Under the pieces are notes generated by a model. It was not told where the DNA came from. It made no database searches and worked only from the letters and a program-made list of their open reading frames with translations. The position numbers and the translations under genes are program-made. A DNA stretch of 64,000 bases, from positions 133,404 to 197,403 of the IMG/VR virus record IMGVR_UViG_3300001199_000001, one strand, 5' to 3'. The DNA is from a virus (taxonomy: Duplodnaviria > Heunggongvirae > Uroviricota > Caudoviricetes). Shown here piece by piece: positions 18,878 to 27,348 of this stretch. The number at the start of each line of letters is the position of its first letter. The first letter of the stretch is position 1.

Positions 18878-20511
18878 CGACCGTTACTTAACGTTACTAT
18901 TGTACGTCGACCATTCTGATATTGTATTACATGGGACCACGACCATGAACTCATTCCGACGTTGTAGCCAAGGTCTAATGAAGAAGTCGTTCCCGCAACA
19001 TAAGCGCCATCAAGGATGGCAGCGGAGTGCGTGTGGCCCGAGGTTGTCTTAGACCCGCCCCGCACAAAAGCATGGATACTGCCGCGAGCACCGTTTGCGC
19101 CGTGGTGACCGTGGTTGGCGTGCTCGACGCCACCAATGACAAGGCTGTCGTCCTGTTTGAGGAAATTGACTTTGTCACAACGCCATTCCTTGAACATTTC
19201 GCACAGGGTGTGGACGTAGATGTCAAAATCATCGTCACCGCGTGCCATGGCCTCATAGCAGGCCGACTGGCTCTTGAGGAAGAACAGAGCGTTGATCGGA
19301 TCGCTCCGATAATCAGCCGTCTTCAGCCACTTCAAGAAGGCACCGTGGTGGTTTGAATCGACGACGTGGACTTGCCCAGGCGTGCGCTCCTGCATGAAAT
19401 GCAGGAACATAGCGTCCTGACGAAGTTCTTCTTCGACGGTCTCGACGCCTTGGACGTGCATCTTGAACCGGCTGTGCGGATCGTGAATTTCGTGGTGGCT
19501 GCGACTACGGAAATCCGAAACGTCATGTAGGAAAAGATGACTCGGTTTAAGCCTTTCGAGCATCGACGTGCCATTATATTCTGACTCCCAGACGTATCCG
19601 GTGTTAGGATCGCGCTCACCTGTCGGCCAAACACCAAAGGTCGCCTTAGAGACTTCCGGGTCGATCTTGACGACGTGGATATCACCGGGCGTCAGGCATT
19701 CGATGGCGTGATTTTCGCTAACCTCGCCATTCGACACATAGCGATCAAGGTCATAGAACGAGCCGTCATCATGTTCGCCCATAAGGTGGCGGACAAAGAA
19801 GGTTTCATCGTCATCGATCTCGACGATGATGGCGGCTATGGAGTGGTGGAAGGACGCTCGCAGGCCCGCGCGCTTCGGCACATAGTTCGATCTGGTGATC
19901 GTGCCGGTCGTGTAGTTGATCTTGGTCGGTTTATATTTCTGCGTCGGGATCGACGATAGTTGTACTTTAGCATGAGGAAAGACGCCGCTACGATGCCGGG
20001 TGTAGGTCTCGAATCCGGTTAGCGGTGTGACGGCTGTGGGTAGAATATTTATCTCAGCGCAAAAATCCAACCCTTCACATAGGCGCATGCGCTCATTGCG
20101 TAGGTACGGTTGGACGCGCTCATGGAAGAGCGGCGCTTTGTTTTTGGCGTGATCTTCGAACAGGCTCTTATTGTACGTGTAACCGGCAATGATGATCTCG
20201 CAAGGGGCGTCCTGCCCCAGCCAGTCAGCATAGGCCTCCAGGTTCGTCAGAAAGTTATCGTGTACACGGGTTCCGTCCTGAGCCGAGGAGAGGATATAAC
20301 GGCGACGACCGGTACCCTGCTGGCCCAAAAGCACCGGCTCCGGTCTGGGGCGATGCTGGAATGGATCGGCCCGAAGCTTATGTAGGCGGTCTTGCAAGGT
20401 GGTGCGCGGGATGCCGTACTTACGCGCGAAAGCGCGCTGTCCCCCGGCCTTACGGACCTCAGCCAGCAGTTCATGCGTGTCAACGGCGTCGAGATTGAAG
20501 GTGTCGCTCAT
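18865..20511 (-). CDS. HTH plus calcineurin-like metallophosphoesterase protein
   Basis: N-terminal QRAFARKYGIPRTTLQDRL; GDIH, LHD, DSNHH, HGHHG and GHTHS motifs. Confidence 0.75.
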   Translation of the reverse strand: MSDTFNLDAVDTHELLAEVRKAGGQRAFARKYGIPRTTLQDRLHKLRADPFQHRPRPEPVLLGQQGTGRRRYILSSAQDGTRVHDNFLTNLEAYADWLGQDAPCEIIIAGYTYNKSLFEDHAKNKAPLFHERVQPYLRNERMRLCEGLDFCAEINILPTAVTPLTGFETYTRHRSGVFPHAKVQLSSIPTQKYKPTKINYTTGTITRSNYVPKRAGLRASFHHSIAAIIVEIDDDETFFVRHLMGEHDDGSFYDLDRYVSNGEVSENHAIECLTPGDIHVVKIDPEVSKATFGVWPTGERDPNTGYVWESEYNGTSMLERLKPSHLFLHDVSDFRSRSHHEIHDPHSRFKMHVQGVETVEEELRQDAMFLHFMQERTPGQVHVVDSNHHGAFLKWLKTADYRSDPINALFFLKSQSACYEAMARGDDDFDIYVHTLCEMFKEWRCDKVNFLKQDDSLVIGGVEHANHGHHGANGARGSIHAFVRGGSKTTSGHTHSAAILDGAYVAGTTSSLDLGYNVGMSSWSWSHVIQYQNGRRTIVTLSNGRWTI

Positions 20512-20945
20512 TGGGATTCGCCGCGTAGGTTGGCCTTGCCGTTGGTCTTAAGGGCGGTGAAGAAATCCACGACCCAGCTATCGCCCGCGAAGACGGCTTC
20601 TTGAAAGAACATCGCGATCACGGTGAGTTCGTTCCACGAGGCACCTTGGGCAGGCGTTCCATCGGGATTGATCCGGTACCAGTTGACGGTGTTGTTTTCG
20701 AGAAAGGCGCGGAAGTGAGGACGTTCGTATCTCATGCTCAATCAGCCCTTACGATAATGTCGTTCTTCTTGAGCTTCAGGCCGAAGAAATGTTTATGGTA
20801 AAGCTTAACGAACTTCCGGGCCGACCGCTTGGTTTTGGCGTGGAAGCGAAGCGCGTGCGGCATGCCTCTCAGCCGCGCCGGATGGATGTTGAGATACGAC
20901 TCCGGCTTCAGCGAGCCAGTGAAGTTGGGCTCATGATAAGGTGAC

Positions 20946-21569
20946 TCATCCCACATAGATAAGCTCCGGCTTGAGGGCCATGGGCTTCGACCAATCCCAA
21001 TAATACCAGCTATAGTTAAAACGAGGGGCGCCAGACGTGCCTTCGATCCAGCGTGGGCGAAAACGCATTGTGATCTTGTAGCGGAAGGCCGGGTGATCGA
21101 AGAGGTCCGAACGTCCCTTGGCGGTATCCCACTCATGGCGGCAGAGCATGACGACGACGCCCTGCTCCGGCTCCACTAGCTCCAGCGCCTTGCGCGTGAA
21201 AGCTTCAGCGTTCTTGCCGTAAGGCGGGTTGGTCAGGATGAAATCGGGGCGAATGCCGTCCGGGCTGAACGCCGCAACATCGTCGATGGAGCAGTCCAGA
21301 AAATCCAAGAAACCGTCCGGCTGGAAGCCGTCATAAAGCGCAATGTCGGTCGAAATGAACGACTGGAAATGATCCTTCACGACATTAGAGATCGCCCCAT
21401 TACCGCAAGCGGGCTCCCAGCCGTGATAGCCAGCGAAGTCGTCGCCGAGGGCTGTCAGCAACGCTTCAGTGCATCGTGCGGGGGTGGGGTAATGATCCAG
21501 CGCTACACGTTCGTATTGGAACTGAGCAAGCATGGAAGGGTCTTTTTTCGGGGCATCGGATTTTTCCAT
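20946..21569 (-). CDS. Putative amino (N6-adenine-type) DNA methyltransferase
   Basis: DHYPTP, WEPACGNG, DFL and ILTNPPY. Confidence 0.85.
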   Translation of the reverse strand: MEKSDAPKKDPSMLAQFQYERVALDHYPTPARCTEALLTALGDDFAGYHGWEPACGNGAISNVVKDHFQSFISTDIALYDGFQPDGFLDFLDCSIDDVAAFSPDGIRPDFILTNPPYGKNAEAFTRKALELVEPEQGVVVMLCRHEWDTAKGRSDLFDHPAFRYKITMRFRPRWIEGTSGAPRFNYSWYYWDWSKPMALKPELIYVG

Positions 21570-21649
21570 GCCCGCAAGCTGTCACATTAAACTAAGGGCG
21601 TCAAGAAATCGCACATTCGATGTCAGCGAGGCTGACACGGGTGCCGAAC

Positions 21650-22057
21650 CTATCTGTCTGGTATGATCTCCGTGAGAGATTTTTGCTGCTGCTTGGGCGT
21701 CATCTTCAGAGATAACATCCACTGCGGGTACCTCCCCGCCGCGATGTGTCCGCGCCACCTCTCGGTTAAAATCGCCCGCCGCTCAAGTTTTTCTTCCAGG
21801 GTGCGCAGCGTCGAAGCGCTCGAATTGCAGCCCTTATGCGCCAAGACCAGATTATCCAACCTATTCGATCCGCCGTCCGCGCTGTTATGCAGATGCTCTA
21901 GTGTAGCGTACCACTTAGAGGGATTCTTCCCTAAAACGACGAATACCAACGGTAGGTCGCAGTACCAGCAGTTATCGCCGTCGCGCTCGCGTAACCTGTC
22001 TCGCTTACTACGGCGTTGTCTGCTTTGCATCTGTCTTGAAGGCATCCTGCTGGCCAT
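21650..22057 (-). CDS. HNH endonuclease
   Basis: RDGDNCWYC..ATLEHLHNSADGGSNRLDNLVLAHKGCN. Confidence 0.88.
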   Translation of the reverse strand: MASRMPSRQMQSRQRRSKRDRLRERDGDNCWYCDLPLVFVVLGKNPSKWYATLEHLHNSADGGSNRLDNLVLAHKGCNSSASTLRTLEEKLERRAILTERWRGHIAAGRYPQWMLSLKMTPKQQQKSLTEIIPDR

Positions 22058-22059
22058 CC

Positions 22060-22089
22060 AAAAAGGCGGGGGAGCGATCCCCCGCCTTT
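22060..22089 (-). terminator. Intrinsic terminator
   Basis: AAAAGGCGGGGG-AGCGAT-CCCCCGCCTTT. Confidence 0.75.
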
Positions 22090-22110
22090 GCTTAGTTTCC
22101 GGCTTAGTAG

Positions 22111-22506
22111 CTAGTCGTCGATCATCGCCATCAGTTCGTCGACTGACTTCGAACGCAGGTCGGTGTCCTGCTTCTCGGCGATGATCTCCAAGAGCTTCTG
22201 CTTCTGCGCCGCCTTGGCCTGCCGCGTCCGCGTCGCTTCGTTCTCGGCCATTCGCACATCGATGATGTACTTGACGATCTCGAACGCCAGTTGCTTGTCG
22301 GTGTCGACCCCAGCGGACGGGGTCACAAACGAGATGGTATCCTCGTTCCGCAGTTGGCGGTGTAGCGACCGCGCCACGTCATCCAGGCTCGTAGCCAGCG
22401 GCTTGGTGGTCGTCAGCGGCAGGTCCCACAGGTCTTCCACGGTCAGTTGACCCTTGGTCGTGTCGAAGCGCAGCTTGCGGCGTGAGGCTTGTTCAAAAAT
22501 TTCCAT
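22111..22506 (-). CDS. Conserved phage hypothetical protein
   Basis: FEQASRRKLRF..GQLTVEDLWDLPL motif recalled from large phages; paired with the upstream 679-aa gene. Confidence 0.8.
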   Translation of the reverse strand: MEIFEQASRRKLRFDTTKGQLTVEDLWDLPLTTTKPLATSLDDVARSLHRQLRNEDTISFVTPSAGVDTDKQLAFEIVKYIIDVRMAENEATRTRQAKAAQKQKLLEIIAEKQDTDLRSKSVDELMAMIDD

Positions 22507-22518
22507 TGCAGTTCTCCT

Positions 22519-24558
22519 TTAGAATACGATTTTGACGTTACGCGTGAAACTACCTTTGACGCGGGCGATCACGTCCGCTCGCTGCGTCGTCGAGAAGCCG
22601 AGGCCGCTCAATTGGTCGACCGACTCTTCTGTCCGCATCTTGGCGCCGACCATCTCAATGACCTTCCGGTGAGGCGTCAGGGCCTCACTGAGGAATTCAT
22701 TATAGAAGCCCCGCGCCGTGCCGTCGTTCTGACAGCCGTCGAGCATGAAGAAGTAGTGCTGGTTGCCGACGCCGCGATCTCCCCAGTAGTTGGGCGATCT
22801 CATCAGAACGTTGACCTTGGCGAAGTCGCCGGTCTTGACGTTCCAGACCGTCTTCGACGACTCCGTAGACGGCAGCGAGTCAAGAAACTCGATGCCTCCC
22901 GCATGCGTATATCGAAACTTGGCGACCGGCACGTTCTTAGTTGAGCCGACCGCCTTATCGTAGACGAAGCGACGAACCGTCCCAAGATAATCGATCTCCA
23001 CCTCGAAACCGACGTTGGTCGATTCACGCTTGTGGTAGTTGTTCACGAAAAGCTCGTAGACACCTTCGGGCATCTTGCGTCGAGATGTGTAGAAGATGTT
23101 CTCCACCGGCTCTCGCGTCGTCCCGCCGCCAGCGTTCATGTCTACGTCGAGCTTACCGCCGGAGCTACGATCCTCACGGTGGCCGAAATAGATGTGCTCA
23201 CCGTTCGGCTGGCGCATATGCAGGTCGAGGTCATCGTAGTTGAACCACGCTAGGCGGCAGCAGAGGTCGCCCGTGACATTGCCGCCAGCACGCTTAACCC
23301 GCTCTTTGATCGAGTCGGCGACATCGCCGTTGTAGGACCAACTGAAGTTGTTATCCCACTTGAACAGCTTGCCTCCGGTCGGGTCGACGGGCGCGATCAG
23401 GCTCACGAGGTTCGAGATGTGTCGGTTCTCGACCATGATCTCAACCGACTGCGCACGAGGAACGATCTCGCTCATGAACTTGTCGACAGGAATTTCATCG
23501 ACGCGGTCAAGGCTCGGCGTGCGTCCCACCTTGGTTTCCGAGGCCAGCACATCGAATACATCACCCTCGATCATCGACTTGCGGGCCGTGCGGTCCGCAA
23601 AGATGATGTCGTTGACGTTGATATCAGCGAGACGCGCATAACGGCGATCCAGCGCTGATATGAGTCCCAGCGATTCGAGTGTCGCCTTGGCGTTCTCGAT
23701 CATCTTCTTCGAGACCAGGGCTGTTGGACGCTTATAGTTCGCGGGCGCCATGACGGCGTCGAACTTGCGGACCGCCTGTTCGAGTTCGAGGCCTTCCGAT
23801 AAATCGATCAGCAGCGTGCCGATGGAAGTGTTACGCACCTTGGCCACGGACGCGGGAACCGTATTGATCTTCGACCAGACGAAGGCGCTCTTCTCGGCAG
23901 TCGTCGCCTGACGCTGTTCGAGCTTGCGGAACTCGGCCTTCAGCTTGCGGAACGAATCGACCACGAACGTGTGCTCAGTCCCACGATAAAGGGCGTTCTG
24001 CGCGATAAGGTCGAGAACGGTGTCGACGGCTTCGTCCGTGATCTCCGTCAAGCTGCGCAGCATGACATCGTAAAGCGCACGCGCCTCCGAGCGCTTCGGG
24101 CCGATATCGACGCCCCGGCAGACGAAGTCGTTCGGAATCTGGACGTGGAAATGGTTCCACGTCTGCACCTTATCGAGGACTTGCTCGAAGCTCTTTTCCG
24201 TACCCGCCGACCGTTCGGTGTGCAGGAAGATGTTGTCGATGGCCTTATCCTTGACAAGCTTTGCCATAGCATCGGCCACGACCTGATAGGCGGGCTCGCC
24301 GGGAATTTCCACATCCCAGATGCTGACAACCTTCCCGTTCACAACGGCGACAGCATTGCCGACGGCACGGATGAACTGACGGCAGCAGGAACAATCGTGC
24401 TCAGTCCGCACGCGGACAAGCGGGTTCGTCCCCGGCGGGAAGCTGTTGATATAGGTGTTCCACAGGTCATCGCCTGTGACATCGGCGCGGAACAACGGCT
24501 GCTTACGCAGTGTTTCGAATTGCCCGCCAACGGCTGTTTTGAACTGGGAGAAGTTCAT
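22519..24558 (-). CDS. Conserved large-phage protein with YfaP/DUF2135-like DLDLH domain
   Basis: HDCSCC, LAWFNYDDLDLH, LDVDMN, PVENI and RGFYNEFL. Confidence 0.75.
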   Translation of the reverse strand: MNFSQFKTAVGGQFETLRKQPLFRADVTGDDLWNTYINSFPPGTNPLVRVRTEHDCSCCRQFIRAVGNAVAVVNGKVVSIWDVEIPGEPAYQVVADAMAKLVKDKAIDNIFLHTERSAGTEKSFEQVLDKVQTWNHFHVQIPNDFVCRGVDIGPKRSEARALYDVMLRSLTEITDEAVDTVLDLIAQNALYRGTEHTFVVDSFRKLKAEFRKLEQRQATTAEKSAFVWSKINTVPASVAKVRNTSIGTLLIDLSEGLELEQAVRKFDAVMAPANYKRPTALVSKKMIENAKATLESLGLISALDRRYARLADINVNDIIFADRTARKSMIEGDVFDVLASETKVGRTPSLDRVDEIPVDKFMSEIVPRAQSVEIMVENRHISNLVSLIAPVDPTGGKLFKWDNNFSWSYNGDVADSIKERVKRAGGNVTGDLCCRLAWFNYDDLDLHMRQPNGEHIYFGHREDRSSGGKLDVDMNAGGGTTREPVENIFYTSRRKMPEGVYELFVNNYHKRESTNVGFEVEIDYLGTVRRFVYDKAVGSTKNVPVAKFRYTHAGGIEFLDSLPSTESSKTVWNVKTGDFAKVNVLMRSPNYWGDRGVGNQHYFFMLDGCQNDGTARGFYNEFLSEALTPHRKVIEMVGAKMRTEESVDQLSGLGFSTTQRADVIARVKGSFTRNVKIVF

Positions 24559-24620
24559 CGGTGCTCCTATCTTGCACCGACATTATTAGCACAGGCTTTC
24601 GTTGTCAACACATTTCAACG

Positions 24621-24726
24621 ATGGCCGGATATGTCCGGATAATGTCCGGCTAATTCAAAAAACTTAATAAATTCAATAGAGACATGCCGTGAAGGATGTC
24701 CAGCAAATGTCCGGATATGGCCGGAT
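24621..24726. repeat. Six ATG(G/T)CCGGAT-type direct repeats in two triads around an AT-rich core
   Basis: Copies at 24621, 24631, 24642, 24696, 24707 and 24717; AT-rich stretch at 24651-24680. Confidence 0.8.
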
Positions 24727-24734
24727 ACTCGAAG

Positions 24735-24768
24735 AAAAACCCGCCAGACCGAAGTCGGGCGGGTTTTC
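24735..24768 (-). terminator. Terminator ending the minus-strand RNA transcript
   Basis: AAAAACCCGCC-AGAC-CGAA-GTC-GGGCGGGTTTT. Confidence 0.75.
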
Positions 24769-24773
24769 TCGCA

Positions 24774-24883
24774 TGGAGCGAGAGGTTGGATTCACACCAA
24801 CGTCCTCGTAAGCGAAACATTACCGCAAATGAATGCGGAAGAGGCGTCGCCGCCAGAGTGCCCTTAACCTAGACCACTCTCGC
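24774..24883 (-). ncRNA. tRNA-like RNA with ~55-nt expanded anticodon arm
   Basis: Acceptor GCGAGAG/CTCTCGC plus T-CCA; D arm GTCT-AGGTTAA-GGGC; T arm GTTGG-TGTGAAT-CCAAC. Confidence 0.75.
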
Positions 24884-24884
24884 A

Positions 24885-25740
24885 GAATGCTTGCTTGACA
24901 GGCTGAGACTACACCTATCGACAACCGTACTTCCGAAGCTTATACTGCCGGTGCGACCCTACAGCTTACCTCGACATCCACCCGGTGGGCTTTAACCCCT
25001 CACCAAGTCTACGGTCAACGCCGCGATTTATAAAGCGCTTGCATCGGCGCTGTCGTCACAGACTACTCGGCATATCACTTCCCGCCTACTTGACGCAGTT
25101 CGAGGGAGCTACCCTCTACGAGTTGTTCCTTACCGACACCGTCAGGTTTGCGACCCTTCGATGACTGGATTACCCGAAGGCTCCAGCGTTAGGCGTCTTT
25201 CGTCTATGACCGAACTCGGACTTTGCTTTTAGCGTATCGGGTTTCGAACCCGAGACAACCACCTGTCAAGGGTGATGCTCTACCAACTGAGCTATGCGCA
25301 AACCCACCATGACGAGCCGAGTTCCGTTGTTCCAATCCCTTTTGGGGACCAGAATGCAACCCGCCACATGCCTTTCACCCCGCTAAGGACTACTCGACTG
25401 TCGTCAAGGACTTCGGTTCCTTACCTTTAGGGCCTTTTTGGACCCATGGGCATATTACCGCCTCCCTCTGGACTACGCCGCGCTCTTGGCCGCTAAGCCT
25501 TAAACTGCGCATCACAGCATTACCTGTGACACTCGGCGTCTCAAGACATTGACCTATGGGCTCTGGATCGTTTGGACAGGAGCTTCAGGGTTCCACCCCC
25601 TCTACGATACGAGCCGCTTATCGCGTCCACCCGCATCCGCCGCTTTCGCGGTCTCCTACGATCTTCGAGCTTGTCTCATACACCTCGCAGCGTATAAGCA
25701 GGAGGTCTCCCTCCTCGGTCTGTCCGGCTTGCTATTTCTC
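24885..25740 (-). ncRNA. Large structured RNA, GOLLD-like
   Basis: ~850 nt with no credible ORF, many GNRA/UUCG-type hairpins, an embedded tRNA, possible 5'/3' end pairing (GACAG/CTGTC), and a phage tRNA-cluster context. The family assignment is from recalled architecture, not from a covariance search. Confidence 0.65.
25230..25301 (-). tRNA. Degenerate tRNA embedded in the large RNA (loop CTTGACA; no CCA)
   Basis: GCTC-AGTTGGTA-GAGC, TCACC-CTTGACA-GGTGG and TCGGG-TTCGAAA-CCCGA; acceptor TTGCGCA/TACGCTA has two mismatches. Confidence 0.75.
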
Positions 25741-25973
25741 CAAGATGGCCACGGGGGTCACCAGAGAGAAGGTCGGGATTGGCGTGGGGGCCTCACCCTG
25801 TCAGGGAAACCGGATCGCTCCGATGTCCCCGCCGCAAGCAGTGATGAGATACTGCCTGAGCCCGCTGGAAAGTGCAACAGAAAAATGTGTTTACGATGAA
25901 ATTTTTTCATCCACATGTTATCCACATAAACATTGTTGTTGACGACGTGCACACGATGAAATAGTGCGTAGGA

Positions 25974-26150
25974 TGCGTCGAAGTCCTGTCGGTCGGCCGA
26001 TTTGGCGGGGCTTCCTTACGCGGATGATGTAAGCCGGGGTGCGGGGTTGAACCCGTACGGAGGTGGATCGGGCGCCGCGAGAGTCTAACCGTCAGGCGCC
26101 TGCCGGGGACGACCGACAAATAAGCCTACGACCGATATGGGGACGCACCA
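25974..26150 (+). ncRNA. Candidate structured RNA ending in ACCA
   Basis: GCGTC/GACGC+ACCA closing stem; TGTCGGTCG/CGACCGACA 9-bp stem; TTGACG -35 at 25939. Confidence 0.45.
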
Positions 26151-26171
26151 CATTCTTACAGCGAGTACGAC

Positions 26172-26519
26172 ATGAGCCTTTTTCAACTCGGCGACTTCAC
26201 CCTTGCTTCCGGCGTCAAGAGCGCGTGGAAGATAGAATGCGATGCGCTCACCCCAGACGATTGGTCCGCGCTGGCTAAGATGGCTGTAGAACGCCTGCCA
26301 GCATTTGGTGAGGTCGAAGGTGTTCCGCGTGGCGGTATTCCGTTTGCTGATGCACTCCGTATATATGCGACGCAAGGCCCACTGCTTATCGCCGAGGATG
26401 TCGTGACGACCGGCGGTAGTATGGAGCGCTTTCGGGCCGGTCGCGACGCTATCGGCATTGCGGTTTTCGGACGGGGGCAATTCCCGGAATGGATTAATCC
26501 CTTGTTCCGTCTCAGCTAA
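26172..26519 (+). CDS. Minimal type I phosphoribosyltransferase (orotate PRT-like)
   Basis: GDFTLASG, GVPRGG and PRPP loop LIAEDVVTTGGS. Confidence 0.85.
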   Translation: MSLFQLGDFTLASGVKSAWKIECDALTPDDWSALAKMAVERLPAFGEVEGVPRGGIPFADALRIYATQGPLLIAEDVVTTGGSMERFRAGRDAIGIAVFGRGQFPEWINPLFRLS

Positions 26520-26528
26520 TAGTTGTTG

Positions 26529-26557
26529 TTGACATACCGGCAAGAATCGATTATAAA
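26529..26557 (+). promoter_or_regulatory. Sigma70-type promoter of the tmRNA
   Basis: TTGACA-17 nt-TATAAA. Confidence 0.8.
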
Positions 26558-26562
26558 CACGA

Positions 26563-27000
26563 AATCGTCGTAATTCGGTTTACGGCGTTGGCGGCAAGAC
26601 GGGGCTTCGATGCCCCCGCCTCCACCACGAACACCTGATCTGCTAACCTTCGGGGACGCAGACCAGACGAAAGCCATCTGTCTGAAATCTGCGGATCGCC
26701 TCAGGCCTCCGGAGTTGAGAAGATAGCTGGATAGCAGGTGTTCTTGATGGGGGCGATTTGGTTTCGATTGGCGCTGACGGATGTGGGACGCGACGGTGGG
26801 TGACCTCCGCCTTGTGCGGTCGTGAGGATCGGAAATATGGAAGTCCTCGGACGTTCCTGATCTGTCCAAGCGCGGCAAGAATTGGGTCAGTCTTGACAAC
26901 TGTCAACGACAACACCGCTCCGGTTATGGAGACCCTGCTCGCTGCTTAATCGCAGTTAGCACGGGCTCAGGGGACGGCCTTGGAACAGAAGGTCCCCACT
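26563..27000 (+). ncRNA. ssrA: Circularly permuted two-piece tmRNA
   Basis: Acceptor piece with T arm ends CGCCTCCACCA (26627). Coding piece starts GGGGGCG (26749), giving G3-U70. Tag frame 26902-26949 reads VNDNTAPVMETLLAA*. Alphaproteobacterial-type 3' hairpin with AACAGAA. Confidence 0.93.
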
Positions 27001-27042
27001 CTACCCCGAGACTTCCTCCCCGACATTCGAACTTAAACCTCT

Positions 27043-27348
27043 GTGGGAGACATTCATTTGTCCAGTCATACCGTCACTGTAATTCCGCTTTCGGCCGTTC
27101 AAACCGAACAATTTGTCCAGCTTCCGGTTAATGCCGAGATCATCGGCGTCACCTGCCTGAACAACGCCCCGGCGCTTCTCAAAGCGACCCATGGCGAGGC
27201 CGATACAGCAAATCGGGTTCGGTTCTTCGTGCACGAACTAACAACGTCGACCAGCTTCATCCCGCCCGAGTACTACGAGATCAAGGGCTATCCCACCAAC
27301 GGTACGAAAACCTGGGCCGTTTATTACGACGGTCGCGGAGTCGTCTAA
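27043..27348 (+). CDS. Hypothetical protein
   Basis: 101-aa ORF between the tmRNA and the next promoter. Confidence 0.55.
   Translation: MGDIHLSSHTVTVIPLSAVQTEQFVQLPVNAEIIGVTCLNNAPALLKATHGEADTANRVRFFVHELTTSTSFIPPEYYEIKGYPTNGTKTWAVYYDGRGVV

Noticed and set aside
24621-24726. Possible mini-CRISPR array given the Cas4-like gene
   Set aside because: The repeats are 10 bp and adjacent, with no spacers; stand-alone Cas4-like nucleases are common in phage replication modules
25549-26119. Short ORFs over the RNA island (also 26516-26949 and 27645-27987)
   Set aside because: No RBS or protein-like composition; better explained by structured RNA, apart from the tmRNA tag frame
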